Part shown: piece by piece, positions 13,279 through 23,800 of the stretch | Layout of the letters: each line of letters begins with the position of its first letter | Position numbering within the stretch: the stretch's first letter is position 1 | DNA from: Catajapyx aquilonaris | Taxonomy: Eukaryota | Reading direction: 5' to 3' | Assembly: GCA_000934665.2 (NCBI GenBank) | Contig: KZ538326.1 | Coordinates: 62,001 to 85,834 of the forward strand | Length of the DNA: 23,834 bases | Notes under the pieces: model-generated | The model's database searches: none | Seen by the model: only the letters and a program-made list of their open reading frames with translations | What the model was told of the DNA's origin: nothing | Program-made: the position numbers and the translations under genes

Positions 13279-13504
13279 CGCGCGCAACCTTAAATGCAGG
13301 AAATTCCCATGAAATATTGACGCCCCCATTCGGCCAGGTGATGGCCAAGGGTTTTCTTTTAGTGTTGCGTTTTCTATTTCGGAGTGGCATTGGGCAGGAT
13401 GATTCAGTGAAGTTGGCCATCATCGTTGAATGGTTGTCACATGTCGGGTTACAACTCGTCCAATTCACACACAAAAAAATGTTTGTGGCTACAACCCTCG
13501 TAAA
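13279..13504 (-). CDS. Candidate coding exon of an unidentified protein
   Basis: Minus-strand acceptor ttccttacag| at 13505 and donor CGCG|GTATGT at 13278. Open frame throughout (FTRVVATNIFLCVNWTS...WPNGGVNISWEFPAFKVAR). No homology confirmed. Confidence 0.25.
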
Positions 13505-13896
13505 CTGTAAGGAATTTCTCGGCTTCAGGAAGTTGTAGAAGTTTCAGTCAAATGTCATTCACACGGAAGAATGTCGAGTGACAGTTGTATGAATTCAAAT
13601 TATGGGAAATTTCCGATTATGCATACATAAGCTGACAAAATCGGAGATTTGTGTTTGCTCCCAATAATACTGAAGTTGGGCTAGTGTTATGTAGCTGACA
13701 TATTATACAATAAGTTAACTATTAATGTAGGTTAAAGTCCAAATTAGCTCGATTATAATGCTGCTGATTATGCCTATGTTGTGGTTGTTCGGGGTTTACC
13801 GAGTTTGTTTGTGATTATACTGTTGTATAATAATTGCATTGTATGTCATCTGTGTGTCACGTATTTAGGCCACATTTGTCAGTCAACTTGACTCAC

Positions 13897-13975
13897 CTGT
13901 TTCATCATTAACTACCCCTTTCACATGGATATTTGATGATATTGTTCAGATCCATCAGGTGGCAAAATTCCCCTA
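13897..13975 (-). other. Candidate 5'UTR/start-codon exon
   Basis: Acceptor attaatttcag| and consensus donor CAG|GTGAGT. Exon ends ATG ATG AAA CAG, with stops upstream in all frames. Confidence 0.25.
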
Positions 13976-14733
13976 CTGAAATTAATATTCCATCAATATT
14001 ATCGCGATTTCCTGCTGCTTCTATTTAGTCTCTCACATGATTGCCCTCTTGTAACAAAAAGTGCACAGCTTTCTTAACGTATTATCTGTCACTTACGGGG
14101 AAAGAATCCATTTATTTTGACTCGAGCGCGGAATCCGTTGCCATGATGAATGAAATGCCATAAGGGAAGGACTCTCACCATTTATTGTAATTATTGCCAG
14201 TGAACCGCATCTGGCAAGTAAACTTTGTCCGAAATAGTTGCGTTCATTAAGCCTAAAAGGTGTTAATTATTAGCACTAATATTATTGCTGTCACGCGTTA
14301 TATTAATCTACGTCAGTCTACCGATTTCCCGATTAATATTCACCCTACAGTATGCTCTCACCTACTTACCATTGTATTTCACGGTGCTTACTCTGGCAAT
14401 ATTACCCCAACGGAGTACGTTCAAACTCCTGAGAATATATCTGGCAATGTTCTCGTAAAATGCAAACGGTACCCATTGGTCCGCTATGTAGTCTCTCATG
14501 CATATCAAACCTTCTGCTACCATCATGAGCAAACCTTTAGAACATCACGTATTCAGAACCGCAGGCTACAGAATACTCTATTTGATACCCCTTCACACTA
14601 TGAATAAGGCATAAACCTTCCTATGAAAAATGTAGCACCAACCACTGGATAGCTGTACATCCATAATACCCAATATCCACAACAATGGTAAGCTGTTATT
14701 AATTGTTGATGTGTGAACCTGTCATGTCCTTAC

Positions 14734-15540
14734 CTCCTTCCTCCGGTGCAGGTGCGTCGTCGCCTCCCCGTCGCACTTGACCACCGTACCTTTTTATACC
14801 CTCCGCAAATGTTCAAAGCCGGCGGCCGAGCAGGGCGGGGGAAGGTAGGGGAGTGTACACCTCTACAGAGCACGCGCCCCAGCCTCCCTGTCTCTCTCTC
14901 ACCCCCTCTCCCTCTCTCCTAGTAACAACAATAACAAGGTAAAACACCGGGTGGGTCCGTCCTCGCAGCACTACCGACGTGGGTCAGCTTCAGCAGGCTC
15001 GCGCATCCCGGTTGCCCCCCCTGCAGGTCCCGCCCTCCGCCTCGCTGTGCGTTGCATCTGCGTCCGTCTCCTCCTTCCGCGGCCCGGCACAGACGCACTC
15101 ATGGCCCTAGAGCCACCCTCCCTGGCCTATCCGAACACACTACTACGGCTGATGCTCCGCCGGCCGCCCGCCTGCCACCCCACTTCAACCACTCTGCCCC
15201 CCCCTCCCTACTTAGGAGCATGGTTGCCAGGTGGAGGTTGTTCGCCAGGGGTGGAACAGGTGGCGTGCTGCCCGAATCGGCCTATGTTGCGGACGTGTTA
15301 CGGCGCGGTTTTTCGGTCACGTAATGTTTCAATGTTGGGGATATTTGAATGTTACAGCGTCTGCGAGTGAGAATTCTACCAATGCGGATGTGGGCTCGCA
15401 CATCCGTATCGGTGGATTTCTTCATCTCCATGTTTGGTATTGGAAAGCCCGTTAATTCAGATTATCCAATGGTGTAAGTAACCCACTAATACATATGCAA
15501 ATGAACAACTGGAAATGAGCGACCGCGAGATTTTCGCAAG
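14734..15540 (-). promoter_or_regulatory. CpG/GC-rich promoter and first-exon-like region, probably transcribed leftwards
   Basis: Abrupt GC/CpG-rich island amid AT-richer flanks. Strong minus-strand donor GAG|GTAAGG at 14733 marks its left edge. TATAAAAAG on the minus strand at 14798-14790, a purine-rich GA tract on the minus strand, CCAAT at ~15379 and ~15466, and octamer ATGCAAAT at ~15495. Confidence 0.5.
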
Positions 15541-16057
15541 GACGGGTGTGAGTTACATTCTGAAACATGCGGGATGGAGTAAAAGCTGATGATTAGGAGT
15601 CGATATTTTTTTTTTTTTTAATAAAATTCCAATACATTATTGAGGACCTTACATTTTGAAGTCGTTATCTGTACCATCCTGGTCCAAAAGGGGGAAGTTG
15701 TTCCATTAAGAGAGGTTCACTGGAATTCCAATTATGTAGACTACCGTATATCCATGGGTGATGCGAATATTATGACATCCATTACTGTTTATAGTCGCGT
15801 TAGAGCATAGACGTCCCTGGTATTCCAGGGAAGTGGTTCAGCTACACAGTGATAATGAAATGGCTTCTTTTCGACCGCGATAGCCCGATAGGAGGCCTAC
15901 GTGAATGTTGGCCTGCATGTGCTCCTCCTGTGGCACTCTGCCTGTTTAAACTTATTTCCATGGCAGTCGGAGCTTTTGATGGATCTGAATGATTTATGAT
16001 GTACTTCATATCACTACTGCATCTTCTAGTGGGCCTGTAGGCCATATAAAATGGGGA

Positions 16058-16090
16058 TTAATATTAATTAATTAATTACTTAATTAATTA
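16058..16090. repeat. (TTAA)n-like low-complexity repeat
   Basis: ttaatattaattaattaattacttaattaatta. Confidence 0.85.
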
Positions 16091-18138
16091 GACCCTGTAG
16101 GATTTCTAATGTCAATGTTCTGCCTTCTGTAACAGAATCGCATCAGAACTTATATTCCTACTAATAATTGAAAAATGCATCAAAACTCTTACACAAGGGA
16201 ACCAATCACTATGACTATAGCATTACAATAAGCAATTACGCCTTGATCATAACATTAGCATGTCATATTCGGGACTTAGACGTTGCAGTATGATTTTTCA
16301 ATGGGTTTCAGAAGTCACTGATCCGATGCCTGATGAGAAACACATGGGTACTATTATTAGGCCAATGCATCCACGGATTGCTGCAATGAAGGCAATCCGA
16401 GCAATTTTGTCCATTAGGATTATACAGTACAAAATACCGGGGGTGGGGTACGGGAAAATAACAATTATGATATGCACAAACCCGCATCAGGCCGTCTGCG
16501 GATACGTCACCTTTTGACCATATAATTATTCCTCAGGCGGACGGGCCTAATATTTGTAAGTGTTGTTAAGACTTACGAGTTAGCTTATAACAAACAGCCG
16601 AGACAGATCTCTATCTCTGATCATGGAGGAATAAGGTCCTGGAAGGCCATTTTAGTGCCAAAATTTTTGCACAGCGTTTGCCGCGTTCTGTATTCCGCTC
16701 ACGATGACCATCACTTGTAGAGATCGGCGATTTTAAACTGAATGCGGTGTCGTCTGACATACCTCTCTACTATACAGTATTTTTTGTTCGGCCCGGAGCC
16801 ACCGTCCATAATTCGCAATAGTGACATCAGATCTCAGCTGGCCTATTGGCATTCGAATATTCCACTGATTCGTTATTAGCCCTGAGGAGGGAACGAGATT
16901 GATAGCAAGATTCAATTTGGCACCAGCATCTGCATAACCCGCATTCAGAAGCATCCCATCGCATGCCTGCCTGTCCACCCACAATACACATCAAGCCATT
17001 ACCATAAAAAATTAAAGATAGGGTATACATAATATATTTGAAGTGTGTCGCCTAGTTCGACACCTACTGTAATGGCAAGTCCTTGTTACATAAAACAAGG
17101 TCTGCGCGGTTCAAAGAAACTACACCATACAACAAAAATATTTACAACACGAGATCACTGTCTCTCGGCTTGTTTACGCGATATCAGTACCGTTAATGCT
17201 ACACATCTTTGTAGAAGCCGATAAACAAAATATACATTTGGAGATAAGCGCAAAGACCCTATTCAGCTTCCTACATCTGGACACCTTGAAACAGGCCCTC
17301 GAGAAGAAGTCTTCCGCCATCTGCCGGATTAAATGCAAACTTGTATTAGAGCGGCCAGTATGAGTGGGACTAAGCGGATAATCATCGGCAGGGGGTCCCG
17401 ATTTGGGGCCGCTAATCAAGCAGCATGAATGCTCTGCGGAACAAAAGGGCAACACGGCACGCACGTTTCCGTGCAGATTCGGATTCTGCAGCGCCATCGC
17501 CGACGATTGCCAAGGAAACTTGATCCAGCGATCAATATACGGTATAAGGTTGCCGGAATGGTTCGTAATCATTTTTATGGCGGAAAAGTCTGATAAATTG
17601 AAAGAAGAAATGAAATGCGATGCAAGCTGTAATCAAGTGAAAGCCTTCATGATAATGTTCAGTGTTTCCAGCTCTACATATCTTAACCAAGGATATGAAT
17701 CAACGCTTGATACTGTACCATTGTACCTTTATGTGAAGCGGGTCCAGTCTATAGGCAACGAAGGTCAACCCAAAGGCGGTTACGTGGGCCTCATCAAACA
17801 ATGACAAATTCACGTCCAAGCAGTCTAATCCCAACAGGTCACGGACACACGCTCTCTCTCTAGGTATAGGACAAGGGACTTCTATTTGCTATCCTCTTAA
17901 CTGCAATCAGGAAGAAACAAGAACTTGTAAGTGAATAAAGTGATGGCCAGTTTATGGCTACTGAAGCCCCGTCAATATTAGGGGCCACTAAAGTACGTCT
18001 AAAAATATATTTATTGCATCGTTACCGCAACTTGCTAAGCAGGAACAGTTGTAATTCGACGTATCATGCCACTTTGATACGTTCAGTATATCCAATTACG
18101 CGACTGTTGTTTTTTCCATTTAAAATGTAGGTAGGCTA

Positions 18139-18360
18139 CAGGCAAACCCCGACTTACGCAGCTTCAACTTCCGTCGACCCTGACTTAAGTAAAAATAATT
18201 CCGACATGCGCAAAAATTTACTACGAAATTGACGGAACAAACTGGTAGTCAGGGTAGCTTGTATGTCCATCATGCTGTTCCTTCAATAAAGCTGTAAGTG
18301 CCACATCAACATGGCTGACGTCGGAATATCCGACCGCCGGAAAAGGGGCGACGGAAGTGC
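18139..18360. mobile_element. Truncated pogo/Tigger-like DNA transposon end
   Basis: TA followed by CAGGCAAACCCCGACTTACG resembles Tigger-type TIRs (CAG...CCCCGACTTACG). Internal inverted motif acttccgtcg (~18167) / cgacggaagt (~18349). No matching second TIR seen; right boundary uncertain. Confidence 0.45.
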
Positions 18361-18795
18361 TTCAAGTTTACGAAAGCCCTTGCGAGCATCAGTACAAGCA
18401 TGTGTTTCTGCTAGGAATGTGGTGATGCCAGCTAAGGTGCCCCCCAAGTGGTAAAAGAATGCCTTGGATGAATATCGTCATCCCATGTGTATCATAGTAA
18501 AAATGAGAGCACATTTTTGTCAGGCTGCTTGCAATATAGTTGCAAATGCAGATAATATCTGCAATACAGAAGTGTGCCCACGTGATAAGGATAGCCAAAG
18601 AACATACTGTACTTGCACGGAAGATGTTTCCTTATCTGCTACACAAGAACAAAAGGACTTCCCTTTGCAGCACCTGGCCTTTTGAAGAAGTGTTTATTTC
18701 CTACACCGTACTCCCGATTATCTGGGTGCGGATTATCCCTGCATCTCGAAAAAATTAAATTAATAATTACAGTCCGAAAAAAATTCAATATATAC

Positions 18796-18796
<1 letters not shown>

Positions 18797-18877
<81 letters not shown>
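18797..18877. repeat. (TA)n microsatellite, ~40 units
   Basis: Uninterrupted TA run. It explains the IYIY tract in ORF 18613..18885. Confidence 0.99.
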
Positions 18878-18880
<3 letters not shown>

Positions 18881-19378
18881 GCTAACAAAGAAATATAATA
18901 GCCTTTTTATAGAAGACAAACTAAAAAATCTACCGCATATAGGAAGTTATATTATTTTAATTAAACCCTATAGTTAAATCAGCATACACTACGCACAGTA
19001 GTAGTACATTAAAAACCCATGAATGGCTGCTTTTACTGTGTCCATATAGGACCATATTCTGATTAAACTAAGTGTTTCCGATTATCCGGCGACACAATAA
19101 TGTGAATTCATTAGCCCTGATCGGTTAATTTTGTTGGGTTTCTTCTTTTCATGTCCGAGGTGTCAAGCGAATAAGCAATGCAGTATGTTGCTGTTTATGG
19201 GGGTCTGTTGATTCCTTGAACCTTTTTTCTAGTTAACCCTTACACTATAATGAACGCAGTCGTTGTATAGCCTGTACTGGAGATAGTCATCTATGAGTGC
19301 CACATGAATACCCCTATTCACATTGATCATAACGTTAGTGTGAGATTCTGGCACTTGCACCCTTTATGAGGAAAAGGT

Positions 19379-19441
19379 CCCCTGGCACTTACAGCTTTAA
19401 TTTAATGAGTAAATTTCCCCTGGCACTTAGCCTACAGCTTT
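19379..19441 (+). repeat. Short local direct duplication
   Basis: cccctggcacttacagcttt (19379) and cccctggcacttagcctacagcttt (19417). Confidence 0.75.
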
Positions 19442-19911
19442 CCTTTCTCGTTACTTTTGGCCTTGGATTTTATTATTAAGCAGTGATCTATGTTCACTAT
19501 TATTGCATCTGGCCAAGTACCTTGATTGTATGTTGCATCTCCCAAGTCATGTTCACCAAGGAAGTAGAATTACGGATAGGATACACAAAATGGCTTTTTC
19601 CCAGCTTGAAAAATGGTACTTATACAGTCTTTATCATTTCCACTCTTCAATATTATGGAGTGCCGAGTCCATATAACTATAATTAACTGCACTTATTAGT
19701 ATTTTTTCCAGTCGGGACAAATAACGCTAATCTACAATATTAATGAAACTGCTTTCTGTTAAATGGATGATTATAATATTAAATTTTGATTTTTGACGGA
19801 TTTCATATCAATTGACGGCATATCTTTATCAGCCAGTTTTTGAGTGCTGTACTTTTTGTATCATACGTACGTATATAGTGTAGGCGTGGTAGGTTAGTAG
19901 AGTAGTATAGG

Positions 19912-19933
19912 TGGATTTTTTTAAAAAAATCCA
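19912..19933. repeat. Perfect 22-bp palindrome
   Basis: tgga-T7-A7-tcca. Confidence 0.8.
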
Positions 19934-20389
19934 TTCAGTAATAAATTATAAACGGGGTGAAGCAGAAGTCTGTCAATAACCTGAGCCTGATTGGTGTAAT
20001 TTGAGCAGGCATATTGGGAGTACTTTCAGAAAAATATCACGCGGTTAATTGCACCGGTACAGCGTACAGTAACGAGAATATTGACCACAACAATGCCAAA
20101 ATGACATTGTCCACATATGTGGATAATACGTCATGTTCATGTCTAATACCGCCGAAGTCAACATCCCAGCATAGCCTGTCCTGTCGGAAAGTCTACCGTT
20201 TATCCGCACCTAGCGACGCGGCGGGGCTGGGGCGACGACGGGGTGGGCTCAAAACATGTTGGCTACGCGCCGCAAACAATCGGTTGCCGGGAGAGCACAA
20301 CAAAAGGCGTTTTCTTACCTCTGCCATGCGAACCTATCAGATGAGTGCTGGGATCACGGTCCAAGCCACGGTCATAATGAAGGATGTGG

Positions 20390-21258
20390 CAAAGGACATG
20401 GGTTAAATCCTTATGGAAAAGTGCCCCCAGTTGGATTTGGCTGAAACTTGGTCAGTTAATAGACCTTGTCCTCAGGGCCAACTGTTCTGAAGGCCGAAGA
20501 AAATCTACAGTGCCGTTTCCGTTTGGCCGCTAGAGGAGCTGAAAGTAGGAATTTCAAAGTTGTCCGATCTAGATGAAAATGACGCATACCGTAGAGTTCG
20601 ATGAGATGAGTCGAATGCGCCATGGGATAATTTTCTCTTACAAACCATTTGACCGCGATACGGATAAATTAGACTTCAACATCGGGCCTTTTACTGGGAC
20701 TATAAGGGTGGATTGCAAAGACGGAGTTTAAACAGCGGCTCAATTAGATCGTGGTTTAAACCAGGATTCCGTTTGTAAAGACGGGGATTAGCCTCGAGAC
20801 GGGGTTTAAACCGCGGTCTAACTCAGACCACCCTCGAGGGTGGTTTAAACTGGGTTCAGACGGCAAAATGAAGTCGGATGGGCTCGATTACGACCGTGAT
20901 CTTCGCCTTCTGCAGCAATTGAAGAGTCGACCGGCTCGCTGTAGCGTCGTGCACCTCCGGATTTTGCATTGATCCTATATGTACTATACTGTACTATACA
21001 AATACACTACAATACACCTCATTACAGATATAAAACTAACTATAACTACCAAATGGTTTGTCAGAGAAAATTGTCCCGTAGCGAATTCGACTCAGTTCAC
21101 CAAACTCTACGGTATGCGTCATTTTCACCTAGATCGAACAACTTTCAAATTCCGACTTTCAGCGCCTTTAGCGGCCACACAAGGTCTATTAACTGACCAA
21201 GTTTCAGCCAAATCCAACTGGGGTCAATTTTCCATAAGGATTTAACCCATGTCCTTTG
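20390..21258. mobile_element. Long inverted repeat / foldback-like element (arms 20390-20651 and 21050-21258)
   Basis: The outer 31 bp caaaggacatgggttaaatccttatggaaaa match exactly in inverse, and homology continues to caaaccatttg. The left arm has ~53 extra bases (20470-20523). Spacer is ~400 bp. No clear TSD. Confidence 0.85.
20700..20865. mobile_element. PIF/Harbinger-like MITE fragment inside the foldback spacer
   Basis: Four GTTTAAAC palindromes (20726, 20754, 20804, 20843), repeated tgYaaagacgg, and a perfect 18-bp palindrome accaccctcgagggtggt (20827-20844). The architecture recalls non-autonomous Harbinger elements; the family call is from memory, not a search. Confidence 0.5.
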
Positions 21259-21839
21259 AACGCCATGATGGTTACTGCAGTTCGTTAACTCAATAAAGAA
21301 CGACATGATGTAACACCGGCCATGTTTTCTGAGCATGTGCAGTAGTACAGTATGCCTGCAGAGTGAGTCATGGACATGATTGGAGGGGAGAGCTTGGTGG
21401 AAGTGGGCGGATCGTGACGTCATGTCGTTCGTTGATTTAACGGACTGTGTGAAGGTAAACTTCGCGCTTGGCAAAGTCACAGTAACGTTCGTTGGCCTGC
21501 GGCGCACAATGAGGACAGCATTGTAGGCGTATACAAACCTACAATAAGCGCCCAGCTCCGCTATCGCTCCGCAAAAACTAAAAATATCACGCACGGGCGA
21601 CGTACCGTGCCTGGCAGGGCCACAGCAATGGACAGTACTGTTGCGGTAACAAAAATCCATACAGCATCACCAACACAAAGGGCTATTCCACCCTATAATC
21701 ACTTCACAATATCCCGATGGTACTGTTTCCTAATTGATTCAGCGAATTGGCCGTGTACTTGACATAAGCCCTTCATGCCTCCTTGGCACATCGAGAATAA
21801 TTTCCAGGTGTTCATGTCAGTAGTTGGATATGAACATTG

Positions 21840-21897
21840 AACACACTCCGTCACGACTTGACGACCTGATCAAACACACTCCGAAGACGTGCGACCC
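21840..21897 (+). repeat. Degenerate ~33-bp tandem duplication
   Basis: aacacactccg..gac.tg..cgacc at 21840 and 21873. Confidence 0.6.
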
Positions 21898-22620
21898 ACC
21901 AAGAAAGGCTTTAGCAACGCCGAGCAACAGTGAAGGCATTCGAATTTGTCAGCAGTATCAAGGCACCCGATTGTTTGCGACGCACTGTTGCCAACCGTCG
22001 CGGCGCGGCACTGAGGCGATGCCGGATGTGTTTGGACACGCCCTCTGTCCCTCTCTTTCTAACAGGCAAAATTTCTGTAAAGATTTCGAGAAAAATATGG
22101 TGTCGAACATAACGGAAACCGGTCCATTACGGGAAATTTTTGGGGTCCCATGCGATTCCTTTAGGGTCTAGGCACAAGTTCACTGTAGCTGAAAATATAA
22201 GCAGTAGCCTAAACAGCTGTTTTCATATTCGAAGCGTGAGAAAGACATATGACATGTTTGTTGGGGTCTTGTTCTGAATCATGAGCACTTTGTTTCACAT
22301 TTTATTTATTTCCATTTCTGACGGTTTATTTTATTGGTTCAGGTGCTAATAATTGTGATATGATCTAATTATGCTGAAAGACCATCATGTAATTCAAAGT
22401 TTGCCCTTTGCGACAAGAACCTATCTGACGAAGGTATACAGTGACGCTACGAAACAAAGGAAGTGAGGGACTAAACAATGCAAATGAATTAAGAGGAAGT
22501 GATGTACGAGACGACAGATGAGATGAGCACGATTGTCACCCGATGTGTCGCCATTGTTACCACGTGAGTCTTTCCTTGGCAACTATGTGGTAAACACGCG
22601 GTTATTATACCTACAAACCG

Positions 22621-22964
22621 TAGGGAGACGGAGTGGCGCCGTGGTAACGCGTGCGCCCACGGAAGTTAAGGTCCCGGGTTCAATCCCCACCCGGGGTCCC
22701 ACCTTCTTTCGTGCAGAGTGAGACCGTCTCTGGCTTCGTTTCGGGTGGCGATCCTTGCACATAAGCCACCCGGGGGAGTTCACAAAACGGCAAATACAAC
22801 GTCTGTGCACACGCACTTTGCACATCCCCTCCTACCTACCCTTGGAACACACTAAGTACTATCACACAGTACACCAGTTCCACCCAAATGGTGGTAATTC
22901 CACCCCCCTAATGGAAATCAACTCCCAACGGGGTACAATAAAATAAAAAAAATAAAAAAAATAA
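22621..22964 (+). mobile_element. Full-length tRNA-derived SINE (copy B) with A-rich tail
   Basis: Perfect 17-bp TSD attatacctacaaaccg at 22604-22620 and 22965-22981. A box TGGCGCCGTGG (22634-22644), B box GGTTCAATCCC (22677-22687). Head GTGGCGCCGTGGTAACGCGTGCGCCCACGGA resembles tRNA-Arg(ACG). Tail aataaaataaaaaaaataaaaaaaataa. Confidence 0.93.
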
Positions 22965-23136
22965 ATTATACCTACAAACCGGTTCTGATCGATCAGCACA
23001 AAACCAACCTCAAAATTTGAGTTCCACATCGGACACACCCGCACCGGTGGAGCCTCCAGTGGCTGGTCCCACTTGAGCATTCTACCATATCGAGCAGATT
23101 TCCAAACCATACCGCATTCTATAGTGTATAAATCAA

Positions 23137-23161
23137 TCTATATCAATAAAACCGTTTGTGA

Positions 23162-23195
<34 letters not shown>

Positions 23196-23385
23196 CGCCT
23201 GGAACGCCAACCGTCATTTTCATCCCATCTGTGGTCCGCCTCCTACACCTCCACCCCCCTGGACCGCCGACCGTCATTTGCCTGCCATCCTGTGGGCCGC
23301 CTCCTACACCTACACCCTCTCCCGCCTGGACCGTCACCCGTCATTTGCCTGCCATCTGTGGTCCGCCTCCTACACCTCTAACCTC
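23137..23385 (+). mobile_element. Non-autonomous Helitron-like element, 5' portion
   Basis: A^TCTATATCAATAAAA start (A then TC, typical of Helitron 5' ends), followed by (CTGT)n at ~23162-23195 and internal tandem repeats. A canonical 3' hairpin plus CTAG was not found, so the end is uncertain. Confidence 0.6.
23195..23385 (+). repeat. ~63-bp tandem repeat, 3 copies
   Basis: ctggaNcg...ccgtcattt...ccatc(c)tgtggNccgcctcctacacct occurs three times. It explains the repetitive ORFs at 23073-23566. Confidence 0.92.
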
Positions 23386-23800
23386 TACAGTTTACATGTA
23401 TTTTTTGCCTGTCCTTTTCAGCTTGTTTTCCATTCATTTCTTCGCGAATGCAATTTCTGGTGGCCCGCTTGTGATTATTTACCAGCTCCCTGTTCTTCAG
23501 TTTCACCCACCAATTAGTACTCAATATAAACATACTGTCCATCACCTTTTTTTTGTTTTCAATTGAATGTATAACACAGCCTTCCTCCAACCACCTGAAG
23601 TCAAGACTCACCAACACGGCAGAGGTAATGGCTGTCTTCGTTCACACCACGGTCTATTAGTAAGGTCTGGTCACTCCCACCCACCCCCTGCCGAGGAGTT
23701 TTGCAGCGGGCGCCCACCTGAGACCGCCAGGAGACATTTAGGAGGCCACGACAAGTGGCGACCCTACCGGATTAGGCTGAACCTTATAGGTACATTCGGG

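Noticed and set aside
14551..14571. IQNRR resembling homeodomain helix 3 (WFQNRR)
   Set aside because: Lacks WF and all other homeodomain residues.
16829..16850. Partial miR-216-like match (atctcagctggc); similarly miR-10-like at 16092 and let-7-like at ~19881
   Set aside because: Only short partial matches, with no complementary star arm or hairpin.
18613..18885. ORF with an IYIY repeat
   Set aside because: Translation of the (TA)n microsatellite.
20524..20541. Convergent CTCF sites in the inverted arms
   Set aside because: One base short of the CTCF core and degenerate in both arms; explained as repeat-internal sequence.
22621..22695. Functional tRNA-Arg gene (also 7075-7150, minus)
   Set aside because: The anticodon and acceptor stems do not pair properly, there is no poly-T terminator, and it continues into a SINE body with a TSD.
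23195..23385. CRISPR-like array (also 3151-3478)
   Set aside because: Whole units repeat with no unique spacers, no cas genes, and a eukaryotic context.
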